From Eledone cirrhosa (Eukaryota): a stretch of 64,000 nt of DNA. Made by a program: the position numbers and the translations under genes. A model generated the notes under the pieces. It was not told where the DNA came from, made no database searches, and saw only the letters and a list, made by a program, of their open reading frames with translations. Shown here piece after piece: positions 1 to 12,100 of this stretch (position 1 is its first letter; every line of letters starts with the position of its first letter). The DNA is taken from positions 342,922,001 through 342,986,000 of the forward strand of contig OZ024743.1 in assembly GCA_964016885.1 (NCBI GenBank), written 5' to 3'.

Positions 1-228
1 TCAATTTTGGGGCTGGAGGCGTGTTGTGTCTGCAAAACGCTTCATTTTACATTGCTCCTGTATACTCAGCTGAAGGTGAGTAGCAGCAGTATCTGAGAGT
101 TAAACTAGCAATGGACTGGTGTCATGTCCAGAGGGTAGGGAGGCTTATACTTTCAGTCACTTAACGACGATGAAAATTGAAACCAAGGATAAGCACCGGC
201 TTGGTGGCTTAGGATTTTAACTTTTACA
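1..228 (+). mobile_element. Degenerate SINE remnant (V-domain-like core)
   Basis: GCAATGGACTGGTGTCATGTCCAG resembles the V-SINE core, followed by a GAAACC..GATAAGC.CCGGC tail; highly diverged. Confidence 0.3.
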
Positions 229-899
229 TTATATACTTAAATATCATAGTTAAACCTTTCAATTAAAAAATCTAAATGAATCCGAACGCGGTATTCTAGA
301 ATTATCTTTATTACCAAATAATAAAAAATTGAACCTGAGAATTCTATAGTAAAATTAGATTGTGATGTTTATATAGGAATATTTAAACCGCAAAGTGTAA
401 TTTATAAGGAACGTTGGGAAATCTAACTTCATGTAATTACTAAACCTGAGTTTCTCGCCAAAGGCTGACATTATGTTAAGTTGAAAATTTCAATTTGAAA
501 TGTTTAAAAGGTTTGTAGAAAGTGAATGGGCTACATCGTTAACCTCTCACAAACTGCTGCTTCGTGGACTCTCTAAGTACTTGGACTTATAATAACCCTA
601 TAGCTAGAAGGATGTGTATATGACCATGTGTGTTTAATCCGTCAAGAGCTTGGGGTCACAGGTCAAGTGCTATATACGTTTATCATAGTTGTCTCTTGAG
701 AGGATAATGGCGAGAACTCCCAACAATAGGTGGTTTTAGAGGCGAGAACCCTCAGATTCGGTTTCGAATCTTCGCCAGGTAAAACATAGGAGTATTCTGT
801 TACACATATACACATACATTGATCTGTGTGTATAGAAGAAGAAGAAGAAGAAGAAGAATCAACTGGTACTTTATCGATCATAATCCTTTATCAATCATA

Positions 900-972
900 C
901 TATACAAGTGGGCAGTGGAAACATTTTCCACGTGAAAGTGGGCGATAACGCAAAAAAGGTTGGGAACCCCTG
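900..972. mobile_element. hAT-like DNA transposon terminus (remnant)
   Basis: Ends AAAAAGGTTGGGAACCCCTG, typical of hAT-type TIRs; no partner TIR found. Confidence 0.3.
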
Positions 973-2285
973 ATTTACCTGGCCACTCGACCTGCTAGAA
1001 AAAAATAACTCAAATGTCTCAGAATTCTCATCGCGCTGTTTCAATAATAAAAGGAAAAAATCATATTAGATAAATGTAATCCTTGGTACAAAATATGGGA
1101 TGATGACGACTGAAACACTTTTGAGCATAGGGCTGACCTGGGGTTAAACAACAACAGCAACCAATAGAAATCTTCCATCGTATTTGCGTGTTTCATGTGA
1201 AATCCGCTTTGTGTATTATTGTATATTTGTAATAACTCTTATGATGTGATGTGCGGCCGATTGTCGCACTTGGTGGTGAATTTCCCCCTCCCGATTTTTT
1301 CTTCCTTTTATGTTTTTTTCATCTCTTTTTTATGCGTGTATATTTGTATATACTATATGTTTGTGTTTTCGTTCTGTAAGCGTTATATTATTATATTTTT
1401 ATACAACTCTAAATAAAAGACTGTTATGGCTATTGAAATGATTGGCACTTCCCTTTATCGAGTTTGAACCCAAATCATAAGCCGAACGAAATAAACTTTG
1501 ATAATACCATGTAGTATTTGAATAAGATTTTGTTCACAAATAAATCTATAGTTTTAACCTTTCTACAATCTTTATAAATTGCATGAGAACACATTGATAA
1601 TATCTCCAATATATCCTTAAAAAGTTCATTGGTGCTATAAACAGATAATGGAAATATTCTTTACAAAACTGTAAGATGCTTGACCTGAGTATATTCGAAC
1701 AACATATACATAGGCTCAATTGTCAAGTAAGAAAACATACATACGCACACACACAAACGTACATGGACACACATGCAAACAGATAGGCACATACTAACAT
1801 GCATAAATCAGGACTTATACTTGCATGCATGTAGATATATTCACGCACGTATAATATTTATATATGCGTGTCTATGTGTATAAGTATGGTGTTGTATATA
1901 AACGCATACCCGTAATGATGCATAAACGCATATATATATATGCAAATAGAAAAAAATACAAAAGCAGGAATCTGAATACCAACAGCCAATTCAAAAAATA
2001 TTGTCGACTATTAATCTATGTTTATCATACACATGCATGCATAAACACGCGCAGTGATAGGCACATACATATATGCATCTGTAAGCACACACAAGCTTAC
2101 ATATGAATGCGTGTGTACACGTATATATATATATATATACATGCACATATAGATATATATATATTTATATATATATATATATATACACATGTGTGTGTAT
2201 ATATATGTATATATATATATATATATATACATATATATATACACACACACATGATCCTTTGAAGTGAAAGGTACGAATTTTCCTG

Positions 2286-2364
2286 GATACCCGCAGATGA
2301 GCACAGGAATTCTGGCTTTCACTTAATAATTCTTGCGAAACAGATTTTGGTCTGTCCGGGTATC
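2286..2364 (+). ncRNA. Type I hammerhead ribozyme motif (full-size, U4A core variant)
   Basis: Stem I GATACCCG/CGGGTATC; core CAGATGA; stem II GCA..TGC; GAAA; stem III CAGAT/GTCTG; GUC cleavage triplet. Confidence 0.75.
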
Positions 2365-2615
2365 AAAGGCTATTGCCCGATATAGGTTTGTTATTTTTAT
2401 TGATTTATTACTTTAAATCGAGTCAGGCAAACCATATTGTTTTAAATTAGTATTTTTCAACCTAGCTAACTTGGTCATTTGCAATTGGAACACATGGATA
2501 CTTAAATCTGTGTTCATCTCTCTCATATATTCAATTATATTACACGGCTCGGAAAGATTCCCTTCTTTGAGCTATTTAATTGTAAAAGACTATTTTTAGT
2601 TTATAACTCAATCTA

Positions 2616-2725
<110 letters not shown>

Positions 2726-2732
2726 TGTGTGT

Positions 2733-3109
2733 GAGTCGCCTCCCTTGTTATGACGTCAAGTCAAAGCATTGCCTTTGCTAAGGGACAGTTGGACTGCAGC
2801 CTCCGAACTGATAACATCTTCCCAGGGACCCCCATCAAAGGGCCTAGGGATGGACATGCATTCCGATCCTTTCTTACTGCTGTTTGCTAACATATAGCTC
2901 CAGGTATGAACTAACATTTATGCACACACCAATCCATCAATAAAACAATTGTTACGTTGATAAGCTCTGTTGTTTTTACTCTGATACCAATGCATACACT
3001 ACCAATAACTTCCAGTAAATTCAATGGAGTCATAACATAAAAAATAGAAGATATTCCCATCGGACATTGACTAGCTATCCTTCTGTAACTGATGACCATA
3101 TCTCCTAAA
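2733..3109 (+). repeat. 5' LTR (type A); 5' edge merged into (TG)n
   Basis: Near-identical to 10060-10438; contains AATAAA; followed by a PBS. Confidence 0.85.
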
Positions 3110-3110
3110 T

Positions 3111-3124
3111 TGGTGACCTGACGT
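3111..3124 (+). promoter_or_regulatory. Primer-binding site, tRNA-Trp-like
   Basis: TGGTGACCTGACGT lies 1 nt after the LTR and resembles the complement of the tRNA-Trp 3' end (TGGTGACCCCGACGT). Confidence 0.7.
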
Positions 3125-3483
3125 TTTTAAAAAAAAAAAAAAAAAGAATGGGAAATGGTACCATGTGTATATAAAAAAAAAAGAGAAGAAAAAAAAACAT
3201 TTAATATAGAACAACACACTTGATTCTGATATGGCTGTATTGACCGATCTAAACATATTTCTCTGTAACACTTAACATCAAACTCTTCATATGTGCAAAA
3301 CGAACATCCAAATTATTTACACACAAACAAACCAATTGTATGAATGTTTTTTTCTTTTTTTTTCTCCTTTTCTTCTTTTCTTCTTTTCTCTGGCTAAAAA
3401 GGTTGAGGATGACAAGATGGCGGCTTTCTTCTCCATGTTGGTTTTAGTTTTAAGTTCCCTGCCTATACCTTATTAATGACATC

Positions 3484-3646
3484 GTGGATTGGCAGTATCG
3501 GTAAAGGGTCGGACGCCATGCTTTGCAGCACAGTTACGTCCCTTTACGAAGTTAACTTTGCCTTTCATCCTTAAGGGGTCGATAAAATAAAGTACCAGTA
3601 ATACACTGGGATAATTGCTGGCCTTGTGCCAAAAGTAGAAACAATT
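3484..3646 (+). mobile_element. tRNA-derived SINE (internally deleted) with 13-bp TSD
   Basis: Same family as 18212/41158/62459; TSD ATTAATGACATCG at 3472-3484 and 3644-3656. Confidence 0.8.
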
Positions 3647-3827
3647 AATGACATCGCTCGGTTAGTCACTCCTTTTCATATTGTCCCGGATGCATTCATT
3701 TTCCTGTCCAGTTGTTTGACAGAGAAAAATAAGCGATTTTGTTTTCCTTTTCTGTTGTGTTGGAGACATTTTTCCAAACGGAGACGATTTTGGGGGGGGG
3801 GGGGGGGAAATTACCTACGGTATATCA

Positions 3828-4634
3828 ATGGCATCTCATTCTGTTCTACCTGCGTACACGGGCGACGTAAGGTTATGGTTCGCCCAACTCGAAGCATTTT
3901 TCGAGGCGAACAGAATTGACGAGGCACAACAACGTCCTCTGGTCCTTAGTGCAATTCCGCCAGCACTTATCCCACCGATTAAGGACCTGGTGTTAGAGAC
4001 ACCCACCGACGCGACGTACAAGTCTCTGAAGGCTGAAATACTCAGCCGGACTGCACAGTCTGCAGAAAAAAGATTTAGGGCTCTGGTCCATCTGGAGCAT
4101 ATCGGTGATGGCACCCCATTGAACCTCCTAAGGCGAATGAAGGACCTAACGGAGGGGTCGGTAACGGAAACTGCCATGCTGAAGCAGTTGTTCTTCTTGC
4201 GCCTACCGACCAACGTACAGGCAATTTTGGCCCCCATTAGGGATACTTGCACGGTGGATCAACTTGCCGCCTCCGTGGACAAAGTTTTCGAAGTTACGGG
4301 TGCTGGAGGCAGCGAAGCCCTTGTCGCTGTTTCCCAACCAGCTCAGGCCACACCTGGCCATGCCATCTGCGCGGCAGCTCCTATAGACAGCTCAGCTATT
4401 ATGGCGATGCAGAAGGCCATTCAGGAACTCACCCTGGAGCCCCAGAAGATGAAGGCCTGGTGTGGTGTCCGTTCGCGACCCCGCAGCCGCGGGAGATCTC
4501 AATCTTTTAGACGCCGTCCCAAATCACCAGCTTCATCTTTATGCTGGTACCATGAGCGATTTGCCGAGAGTGCGAACCACTGCGTGCAACCTTGCTCGTT
4601 GCATAAGGCGGGAAACGCCAAAGAGGTTCGCTGA
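3828..4634 (+). CDS. gag: Gypsy Gag (268 aa, intact)
   Basis: [11 protein letters not shown]-terminus, LFFLRLP motif, Arg/Ser-rich tract, and CWYH..F...A..C..PC knuckle typical of this Gypsy lineage. Confidence 0.85.
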   Translation: MASHSVLPAYTGDVRLWFAQLEAFFEANRIDEAQQRPLVLSAIPPALIPPIKDLVLETPTDATYKSLKAEILSRTAQSAEKRFRALVHLEHIGDGTPLNLLRRMKDLTEGSVTETAMLKQLFFLRLPTNVQAILAPIRDTCTVDQLAASVDKVFEVTGAGGSEALVAVSQPAQATPGHAICAAAPIDSSAIMAMQKAIQELTLEPQKMKAWCGVRSRPRSRGRSQSFRRRPKSPASSLCWYHERFAESANHCVQPCSLHKAGNAKEVR

Positions 4635-4666
4635 TGGGGGCAGTTGACCTCAACATAAAGCCACCA
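4610..4666 (+). promoter_or_regulatory. -1 programmed ribosomal frameshift signal
   Basis: G GGA AAC slippery heptamer in the gag frame (4610-4616); the -1 frame is open into pol; possible pseudoknot GAGGTT/GACCTC plus TGGGGGC/GCCACCA 6 nt downstream. Confidence 0.7.
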
Positions 4667-7600
4667 AACCGCCATTTCTTCATTAAGGACCTTAGGTCGG
4701 GAAGAGGTTTTCTCGTGGATACAGGAGCCTCCTGTAGTATTTGGCCGGTGCATTGCCTGAAAGATACTCCCGTAAAGTCATCCGTTACTCTGCAGGCAGT
4801 TAATAACTCATCTATAAAGACGTACGGGAAAATCTCGCTTCCTCTCAAATTCCTAAATCTACGTAGGGATTTTAAGTGGATTTTTACGGTTGCCGATTTG
4901 CCATACCCTATCTTAGGAGCGAATTTCCTCCACAACTTCTCTTTGACTGTGGACGTCCGTGGCCAACGCCTGGTGGATGACATCACCGGTTTTTCAATTC
5001 GTGGCCGGAAAGCCAATGCTCCAACAGTCAGTCCCATATTCTTCCTCGCTGCCGCTGGAGACGCCTACCATTCATTGTTAGGTTCTTTCCCGGAGCTCAC
5101 CGATGGAAATTTTCGAGTCACTGAGCCAACACACTCAAGTGAACATTTCATTTCCACCACCGGTGCTCCAGTGTTTTCGCGTCCACGCCGCTTACCGGCG
5201 GACAAATTAAAGGCAGCACGGTCCAAGTTCGACCATATGCTGCAGCTGGGCATTATTCGCCCATCTACGCGCCCTTGGGCTTCACCGTTACACATGGTGC
5301 CCAAGACTTCCGGCGACTGGAGACCCACTGGGGATTATAGAAGGTTAAATGCTATGACCGTCCCGGATAGGTATCCCATTCCCCATCTCCAGGATTTCGC
5401 ATCTTCATTTCAGGGGTGTAAGATTTTCACAAAACTAGATTTAGTGCGAGCCTACCACCAAATTCCGGTCAGGAAGGAGGATATTCCGAAAACAGCGATT
5501 ACAACTCCTTCGAATTTTTTACCATGTCTTTCGGACTCAGGAACGCCGCTAGCACTTTTCAGCGGTTCATAGACGAAGTCACTCGTGGTCTGGACTTCGT
5601 TTATGCTTACATAGACGATATTCTCGTCGCTAGTTCCTCTCCGGAAGACCATATGCGTCACATGCATCTCTTATTTCGGCGACTTCAGGATTACCGCGTT
5701 CGTGTGAATCCCGCAAATTGTTTTCGGTTCCACTTCGCTAAATTTTTTAGGCCACCTCATCGACACCGAAGGTATTAGGCCGCTCCCTCAGCGAGTTCAA
5801 GCCATACAGGATTTACCTCCGCCTACTACACTTCACCAGTTGCGTCACTTCTTAGGCCTAATCAATTCCTATAGGCGTTTCGTTCCTCATTGTGTTACTT
5901 TGCTATCTTCCCTGACTGACATTTTGATAAATCGTCGTAAGAAGAATAAGGATATTTCCTTGACACAAGGACAGCTTCAAGACTTCCAGACTGCCAAGAC
6001 AGCACTCGCTAGTTCATCTTTGCTAGCCCACCAGGTACCAGAGGCCAAGCTTTCGCTTTGTGTTGATGCATCTGATACCGCTGTGGGAGCAGTTTTACAG
6101 TAGTACAACGCTGAAAACCAACAACCTTTGGCATTTTTCTCAAGGAAGCTGAAACCAGCAGAAACGCGTTACTACACGTTTGGGCGGGAGTTATTAGCCA
6201 TATATCTGTCGGTGAAACATTTCTCTCATATTCTTGAGGGGAGAAATGTTACTGTTTTAACCGACCACAAACCTCTGACCTTCGCTTTGAGGGCTAAAGC
6301 CGACAGATATTCGCCCAGAGAGACAAGGCACCTGGATTACGTTTCGCAATTTACAAATGATATCCAGCACATTGCTGGCTCGCATAACATAGCTGCAGAC
6401 GCATTGTAACGTTTGCCAATCAGCTCCATCTCGTCATCCCAGGAGATCGATTTAGGTCGTTTAGCTGCAGACCAACCTGCACTACAAACGTTGGATACTC
6501 TTTCTGCCGAATTTGCGACTTGCATCTTCAAATATCTGCCCTTGTCGACCACCGACAGGCAGATTCTGTGATGTATCTACGGATTTACCACGACCATTTG
6601 TTCTTGAGACTCACCGTCGAATTGTGTTCCTTGCTTTGCACAGCATTTTTCACCCAGGAATTTCTGCCACAGTAAAGCTTATAACGGCTACATTTTTCTG
6701 GCCCAATATGAGGCAAGAAATTACTGTCTGGTGCCGTTCCTGCACACAGTGTCAGAGATCTAAAATCCACAGACACATCCGGACTCCACTTGGTACTTTC
6801 AGTACTCCAGATGCTCGGTTTCAACACATCCACATTGTTATCGTTGGACCTTGGGCCATTCAGCAGTGGATATTCGTACCTCTTGACCTGTATCGATCGT
6901 TTTTCGCGATGACCTGAAGCCATCCCCTTACAAGATATAACTGCTGAGACTGTAGCGCGTGCCCTGGTATCAGGGTGGATTACCCGCTTTGGGGTACCAA
7001 CTACAGTCACCACAGACTGTGGTAGACAATTTGAGTCTCATCTTTTCTCTGAGCTCACAAAGATCATTGGTGCTCAACGGATTCGGACCACAGCCTATCA
7101 TCCTGCTTCAAACGGAATGGTGGAACGATTCCACCGCCAATTAAAGGCCGCTCTTTGCGCCAATCCAGACTCTCAACGTTGGAACGAGTACCTTCCTATT
7201 GTATTGTTAGGAATTCGGTCATCAATAAAGGAGGACCTTGGGTTCTTCTCGGCCGAATTACTGTATGGTGCTCCTCTAGCCTTGCCTGGGCAAATGCTTA
7301 CCCCTATTGATCTTGCTTTCCAGGACCCTGTTTCCTACGTATCTCGTTTGCGCTCCTATTTTCAGGACTTACCGCCCAGGAATACTAGGAAACAAACTGT
7401 TAAAGCTGCAGTCCCGAAGGATATTGCCTCGTGGACACATGTATTCGTCAGAAACGATGCGGTTACTCCACCACTCACACACCCGTACTCTGGACCCTAC
7501 CGTGTGTTAGCACGTACTGACAAACATTTCACTGTAGACATTAAGGGGTCCAGAGAGACAATTTCGGTGGATAGACTAAAAAGGGCATACAATGACGCTC

Positions 7601-7749
7601 ATACATCCGAGCCGCAAATACCCCAATATTTCTCTCTTGTGCATACACCTGCTCCTTCTGCCCCACCTTCACCTACATACAAGACCACGACCCGTTCCGG
7701 TCGAAGAGTCCACTGGCCCAAAAAACTCTGCCAAACTGTTTTCATGTGA
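4613..7749 (+). pseudogene. pol: Gypsy Pol (protease-RT-RNase H-integrase), disrupted
   Basis: FLVDTGA protease; [16 protein letters not shown] and YIDDILV RT; DAS..AVGAVL, RELLAI and TDHKPL RNase H; HHCC zinc finger and [11 protein letters not shown] integrase; several frameshifts and stops. Confidence 0.92.
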
Positions 7750-7926
7750 ACTGGCCACTGGAGCCTTTTTTTTGTTTTTCTCTTTATTGTATTACCATGT
7801 ACCTTTTCGTTACCATTTCATGCCTGTAACTTTGCGTTAATATTTCATGCCTGTGCTGGAAGCCCATGCTTGTGGGTTCGCTACAGTTACCTTCGGGCTT
7901 TTCCCCTAGCGTCTGGAGGAGGGTAC

Positions 7927-8305
7927 TGGAGCGGCCCCTTACGGCCGTAACTCAGCACGTATAGGAGTTGCGTCCCTTTGCGACGGGCGCGACTCCCAGT
8001 GGCAGATTCATGTACTAAATGGAGTTGCGTCCCCCTGGGGACTATATATTTGAGGACAATCAAGGCATAACTCTGTCTCGCATCCTGAACTTCGAACGAA
8101 CAAGAAGAACCTAACCAAGAGAAGATTTCTGTTCTTCTCTACATACTCCAGTCTGGAAGTTGTGACCAACTGAACATCAACATGTGCTAACAATTATTTA
8201 TATCAATTTATTTGATTTCTGTGAAGTAAAACCATGTCACAACACTCACCTGCAATTATTGTCATTCTTAAATATATATATATACACTGATACTAATATC
8301 CTAAA
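7927..8305 (+). repeat. Internal LTR (type B), preceded by a PPT and followed by a PBS
   Basis: PPT GGAGGAGGGTAC at 7915-7926; starts TGGAG, ends CTAAA; then TGGTGACCTCCGAC at 8307-8320; no similarity to LTR-A. Confidence 0.7.
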
Positions 8306-10051
8306 GTGGTGACCTCCGACGATAAATCAAGAAAACGCAGCCTATTTAATTTCGCCATTCGCTTTAATGGTAACATCGAATGACTTATTAAACTGTTGAT
8401 TCGCGCAGACAAATAAAACGAACACAGACACACGTTGAACTTTTCATTTGGACAAACTTTTTCTCACCTACGTGACGCTATTTCGGACAAAAAAAAAAAA
8501 AATTCCTCTAACAACATTCGACATGGATTTTTTCTCCGACACTGTCTACAACGAAAAATAGAGGTAATCTTTTTCTCAGCAGCAAACAAACAAACAAAAA
8601 TTTTGCTCTTCACCTCACGTCGCGTTTTTTTTTTTCGGACAAAAGAATCCTCCCAGCAACTTTGGACATCTCCAACTAATTCATAAATTCTCTCCGAAAC
8701 AAACAAACACCAAACTCACGTGTTTATATCGTTTAAATGTGTTTCACTCACTGGATATATCCTTCTTTCTTCTCACAACGAACACTCAAAAAAGACTTGG
8801 ACTCCTGTATTCTTATATTCAACATGTCAATTTTGATGAACATCACAGCTCGCTTACTCATTCAACTAAACCTTTTTCGCTACTTTTTCATCACTTTCAC
8901 AAAAAAATTGAACTCTCGCAATATTTTTTATACAAAGTGAATAAAGCCTTTCCTTCTTTTTCATCATATTGTCACGTTCACACACAACTTTTTCAAAATG
9001 ACTGCCAACGACCTGTTCCACTATCATTTTCGACAGATATCTCGTGACGTCACAAATGCTTACATTTTCAGGACGGCCATCTTCGCTTTAATTTCGTTCC
9101 GCCATTTTCTCGCGCAAAAGAAATATTTTTTTTTATTCAACTTGACTTTAACCTTGTTTCGGCACGTGTGTGGGGGAACACACCTTGATGACTCACTGAG
9201 ATAACACACGCCATAGATAATGTTTCTTGCCAAGGATTCTCCAGCCTTAAGCTATATTCTTGTATTTGCCGGTTTAAAAATTTACCACGTAAATTTGGCG
9301 TTGAAAACTGCGCATTTATTCAGAATGCTTGTTTCTATGGTCGCTGGCCTCTTCACTCATCCAGGTCAACGCGTTCTCAACATCGACCATAAACTTTGGC
9401 TGTTATTTCTAGCACTTTGCGCAACTCATTTTTTCTGGGAAACTTTTTACTGTGAATTGAAACAACTTCAAAAAGGCTATCTCACTCCACGAGACAACAA
9501 CATCAACAACAACAACAACAGCTTCATCCGTAGTCTACCAACAACTAAAACCAGCAGAACCGACTAGAGAATTTATTTTTGCAGTTCTCTTCCTGTGAGA
9601 AATTTCCCACCAGCCTTCGGAAGTTGGGAATTTTACATTTGAACACAGAACAGAAAATAACTGCATACATTCTCTCTGGAAATTCATTTTTCAACCCTGT
9701 TCTTCTGCTGCAATTTGTGAACTTTATTTTGAACATTTGAACTTTGTTTATAATTATGTTCGAGCACGTCTCTTTGCTCCTTTGACCTCTTCTTTTAAGT
9801 TGGTTACATTGTATCTTTGTGTGATGGATAGATAGATGTCCAGTCGTTCTCTGGCCAAGAGCGGTTGGCTACCTTGATATCTATCATTAATTTTTGCATG
9901 CTTATATTTTGCTGTTTGCTTTTGTTGCAAACATTTTTTTTTTTTTTTGATAACTTTCATACCTGGTTTTTCGTATAACTTGCTCGCCATCTCACTGCAT
10001 GCATCGTCCGTTGTATCGATTTTTTCTTCGTAAAAATCTGGCGGGGGGTAA

Positions 10052-10438
10052 TGTAGTGAGAGTCGCCTCCCTTGTTATGACGTCAAGTCAAAGCATTGTC
10101 TTTGCTAAGAGACAGTTGGACTGCAGCCTCCGAACTGATAACATCTTCCCAGGGACCCCCATCAAAGGGCCTAGGGATGGACATGCATTCCGAACCTTGC
10201 TTACTGCTGTTTGCTAACATATAGCTCCAGGTATGAACTAACATTTATGCACACACCAATCCATCAATAAAACAATTGTTACGTTGATAAGCTCTGTTGT
10301 TTTTACTCTGATACCAATGCATACACTACCAATAACTTCCAGTGAATTCAATGGAGTCATAACATATAAAAAATAGAAGATATTCCCATCGGACATTGAC
10401 TAGGTATCCTTCTGTAACTGATGAGCATATCTGCTAAA
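10052..10438 (+). repeat. 3' LTR (type A)
   Basis: PPT GGCGGGGGGTAA at 10040-10051; starts TGTAG, ends CTAAA, then (TA)n. Confidence 0.85.
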
Positions 10439-10456
10439 TATATATATATATATATA

Positions 10457-10549
<93 letters not shown>

Positions 10550-10592
10550 CAAGAATATATTAAAATGTACTAACTATCCGATTATAACTATA

Positions 10593-10676
10593 ACATCCGG
10601 ACATGCTCAAATTAGAGTATGTTTCGTTATATCAAGTGAAGGTTACATATTGTAGTTGTAGCTCATCGGCGGATGT
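10593..10676 (-). ncRNA. Type I hammerhead motif (U4C variant) in a pLTR-like inverted/direct repeat (~10548-11030)
   Basis: Minus strand: ACATCCG CCGATGA GCTACA..TATAAC GAAA CATACTC/GAGCATG TC CGGATGT. Confidence 0.65.
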
Positions 10677-11465
10677 CCTATCAATACAATCTTCACTTCT
10701 AAAAGTATATCAGATGATTAAGAATACGCACATGGTATAGAGAAAGCATATATATGATTTACAGCCCATGGTGGTGTGAATAGACCAAAAGACCGCAGCT
10801 CAGAACATAGAGGATTTAAAACTACCAAAGTGACGAACATATTAACTATGGAAGGAATAGTGAATACAAATCAATTAAAAGAATATATTAAAGAGTACTA
10901 ACCATCCAATTATAATATAACATCTGATGGTTAGTACACTTTAATATATTCTTTTAATTGATTTATATTCACCATTCCTTCCATAGTTAATATGTTCGTC
11001 ACTGTGGAGGTTTTAAATCCTCTATTATTAAATACATATTTTTTGCAATTATGCAAGCAGCCTCATTTTTAAAGCCATGTCAGTAGAATGAGCTCCTCAT
11101 TCTCACGCTTATGTTGGCATGAAAACAGAACTGCAGATATTAATGCTTCTGGGTGATTACCGAATCGAATATTATTATTAATATTCGAAAAACTCAGATT
11201 ACATTTATTGTATTCAGCCATGTACAGCGATAACTAGTTGTTAGTTATTTGAATATGGCAAAGCCGTCCATTAATCGCTCATATACATGAAACTGACGGG
11301 CCTATCTGTTGATATGCAAATCTGCCTGATCAGTGGGTTTGCAAATATGCAGATCTGACTGATCAGCCGGTCTGCTAATATGCAAATCAGACCGATCAGT
11401 CACTGTATATTTCAGAAAATATCATATATTTTCACTAGCTCTGACAGTTGGCAGGTAAGCAGTAT

Positions 11466-11512
11466 ACTGTACTGATGAAGGGTAATCACCCAGAAACATT
11501 AGTATCTGCAGT
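11466..11512 (+). ncRNA. Minimal hammerhead motif in a non-autonomous pLTR-like repeat (~11040-11645)
   Basis: ACTGTA CTGATGA A GGGT AATC ACCC A GAAA CATTAGTA TC TGCAGT; partial inverted copy near 11130-11160. Confidence 0.55.
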
Positions 11513-11667
11513 TCTCTTTGTATGCCAACACAAGAGCGAGAATGTGGAACTCATTCTACTGACATGGCTTATAAAAGAGGGTGCCTGCATAATTGCAAAC
11601 GAATCGAATAATATTAATATTCGAAAAACTCAGATTAAATTCATTATATATATATATGTGTGTGTGC

Positions 11668-11847
<180 letters not shown>

Positions 11848-12063
11848 ATGGAAGTTGCGTTTCGCTAATTTCTACCCGCCGAAATGCGATTCTCGCTAAA
11901 TTTATATTTATATATATATATATATAAATATATATTAGAAAGTGAGGTTTTTTTACAAAATGAAAAAAAAACGAGGTGTCCTACACGAGTGAAAGTATAA
12001 GGAAAAAAGATGAAATCGAAAATGCAACTGGAGTCTTTTTTTTTAATATATATTTATTTGGTT

Positions 12064-12100
12064 CTTTTACCGGTTTCGCAGTTCTTCTGCTTTTCAAAAG
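12064..12100 (-). ncRNA. Minimal hammerhead motif with U3-A8 core; repeat family also at 57420-57810
   Basis: Minus strand: CTT TTGAAAA GCAG AAGAA CTGC GAAA CCGG TA AAAG; palindromic stem III. Confidence 0.55.

Larger units (their letters stand above)
2733..10438 (+). mobile_element. Composite Ty3/Gypsy LTR retrotransposon bounded by two LTR-A copies
   Basis: Direct repeats 2733-3109 and 10052-10438 differ by about 8 substitutions and 1 indel by eye; PBS after the first, PPT before the second; gag-pol inside. Confidence 0.85.

Noticed and set aside
10418-10440. CTGATGA GCA TATC TGC TAAA at the LTR-A end, resembling a hammerhead
   Set aside because: No GAAA or stem I/III, and the pairing is absent from the other LTR copy.
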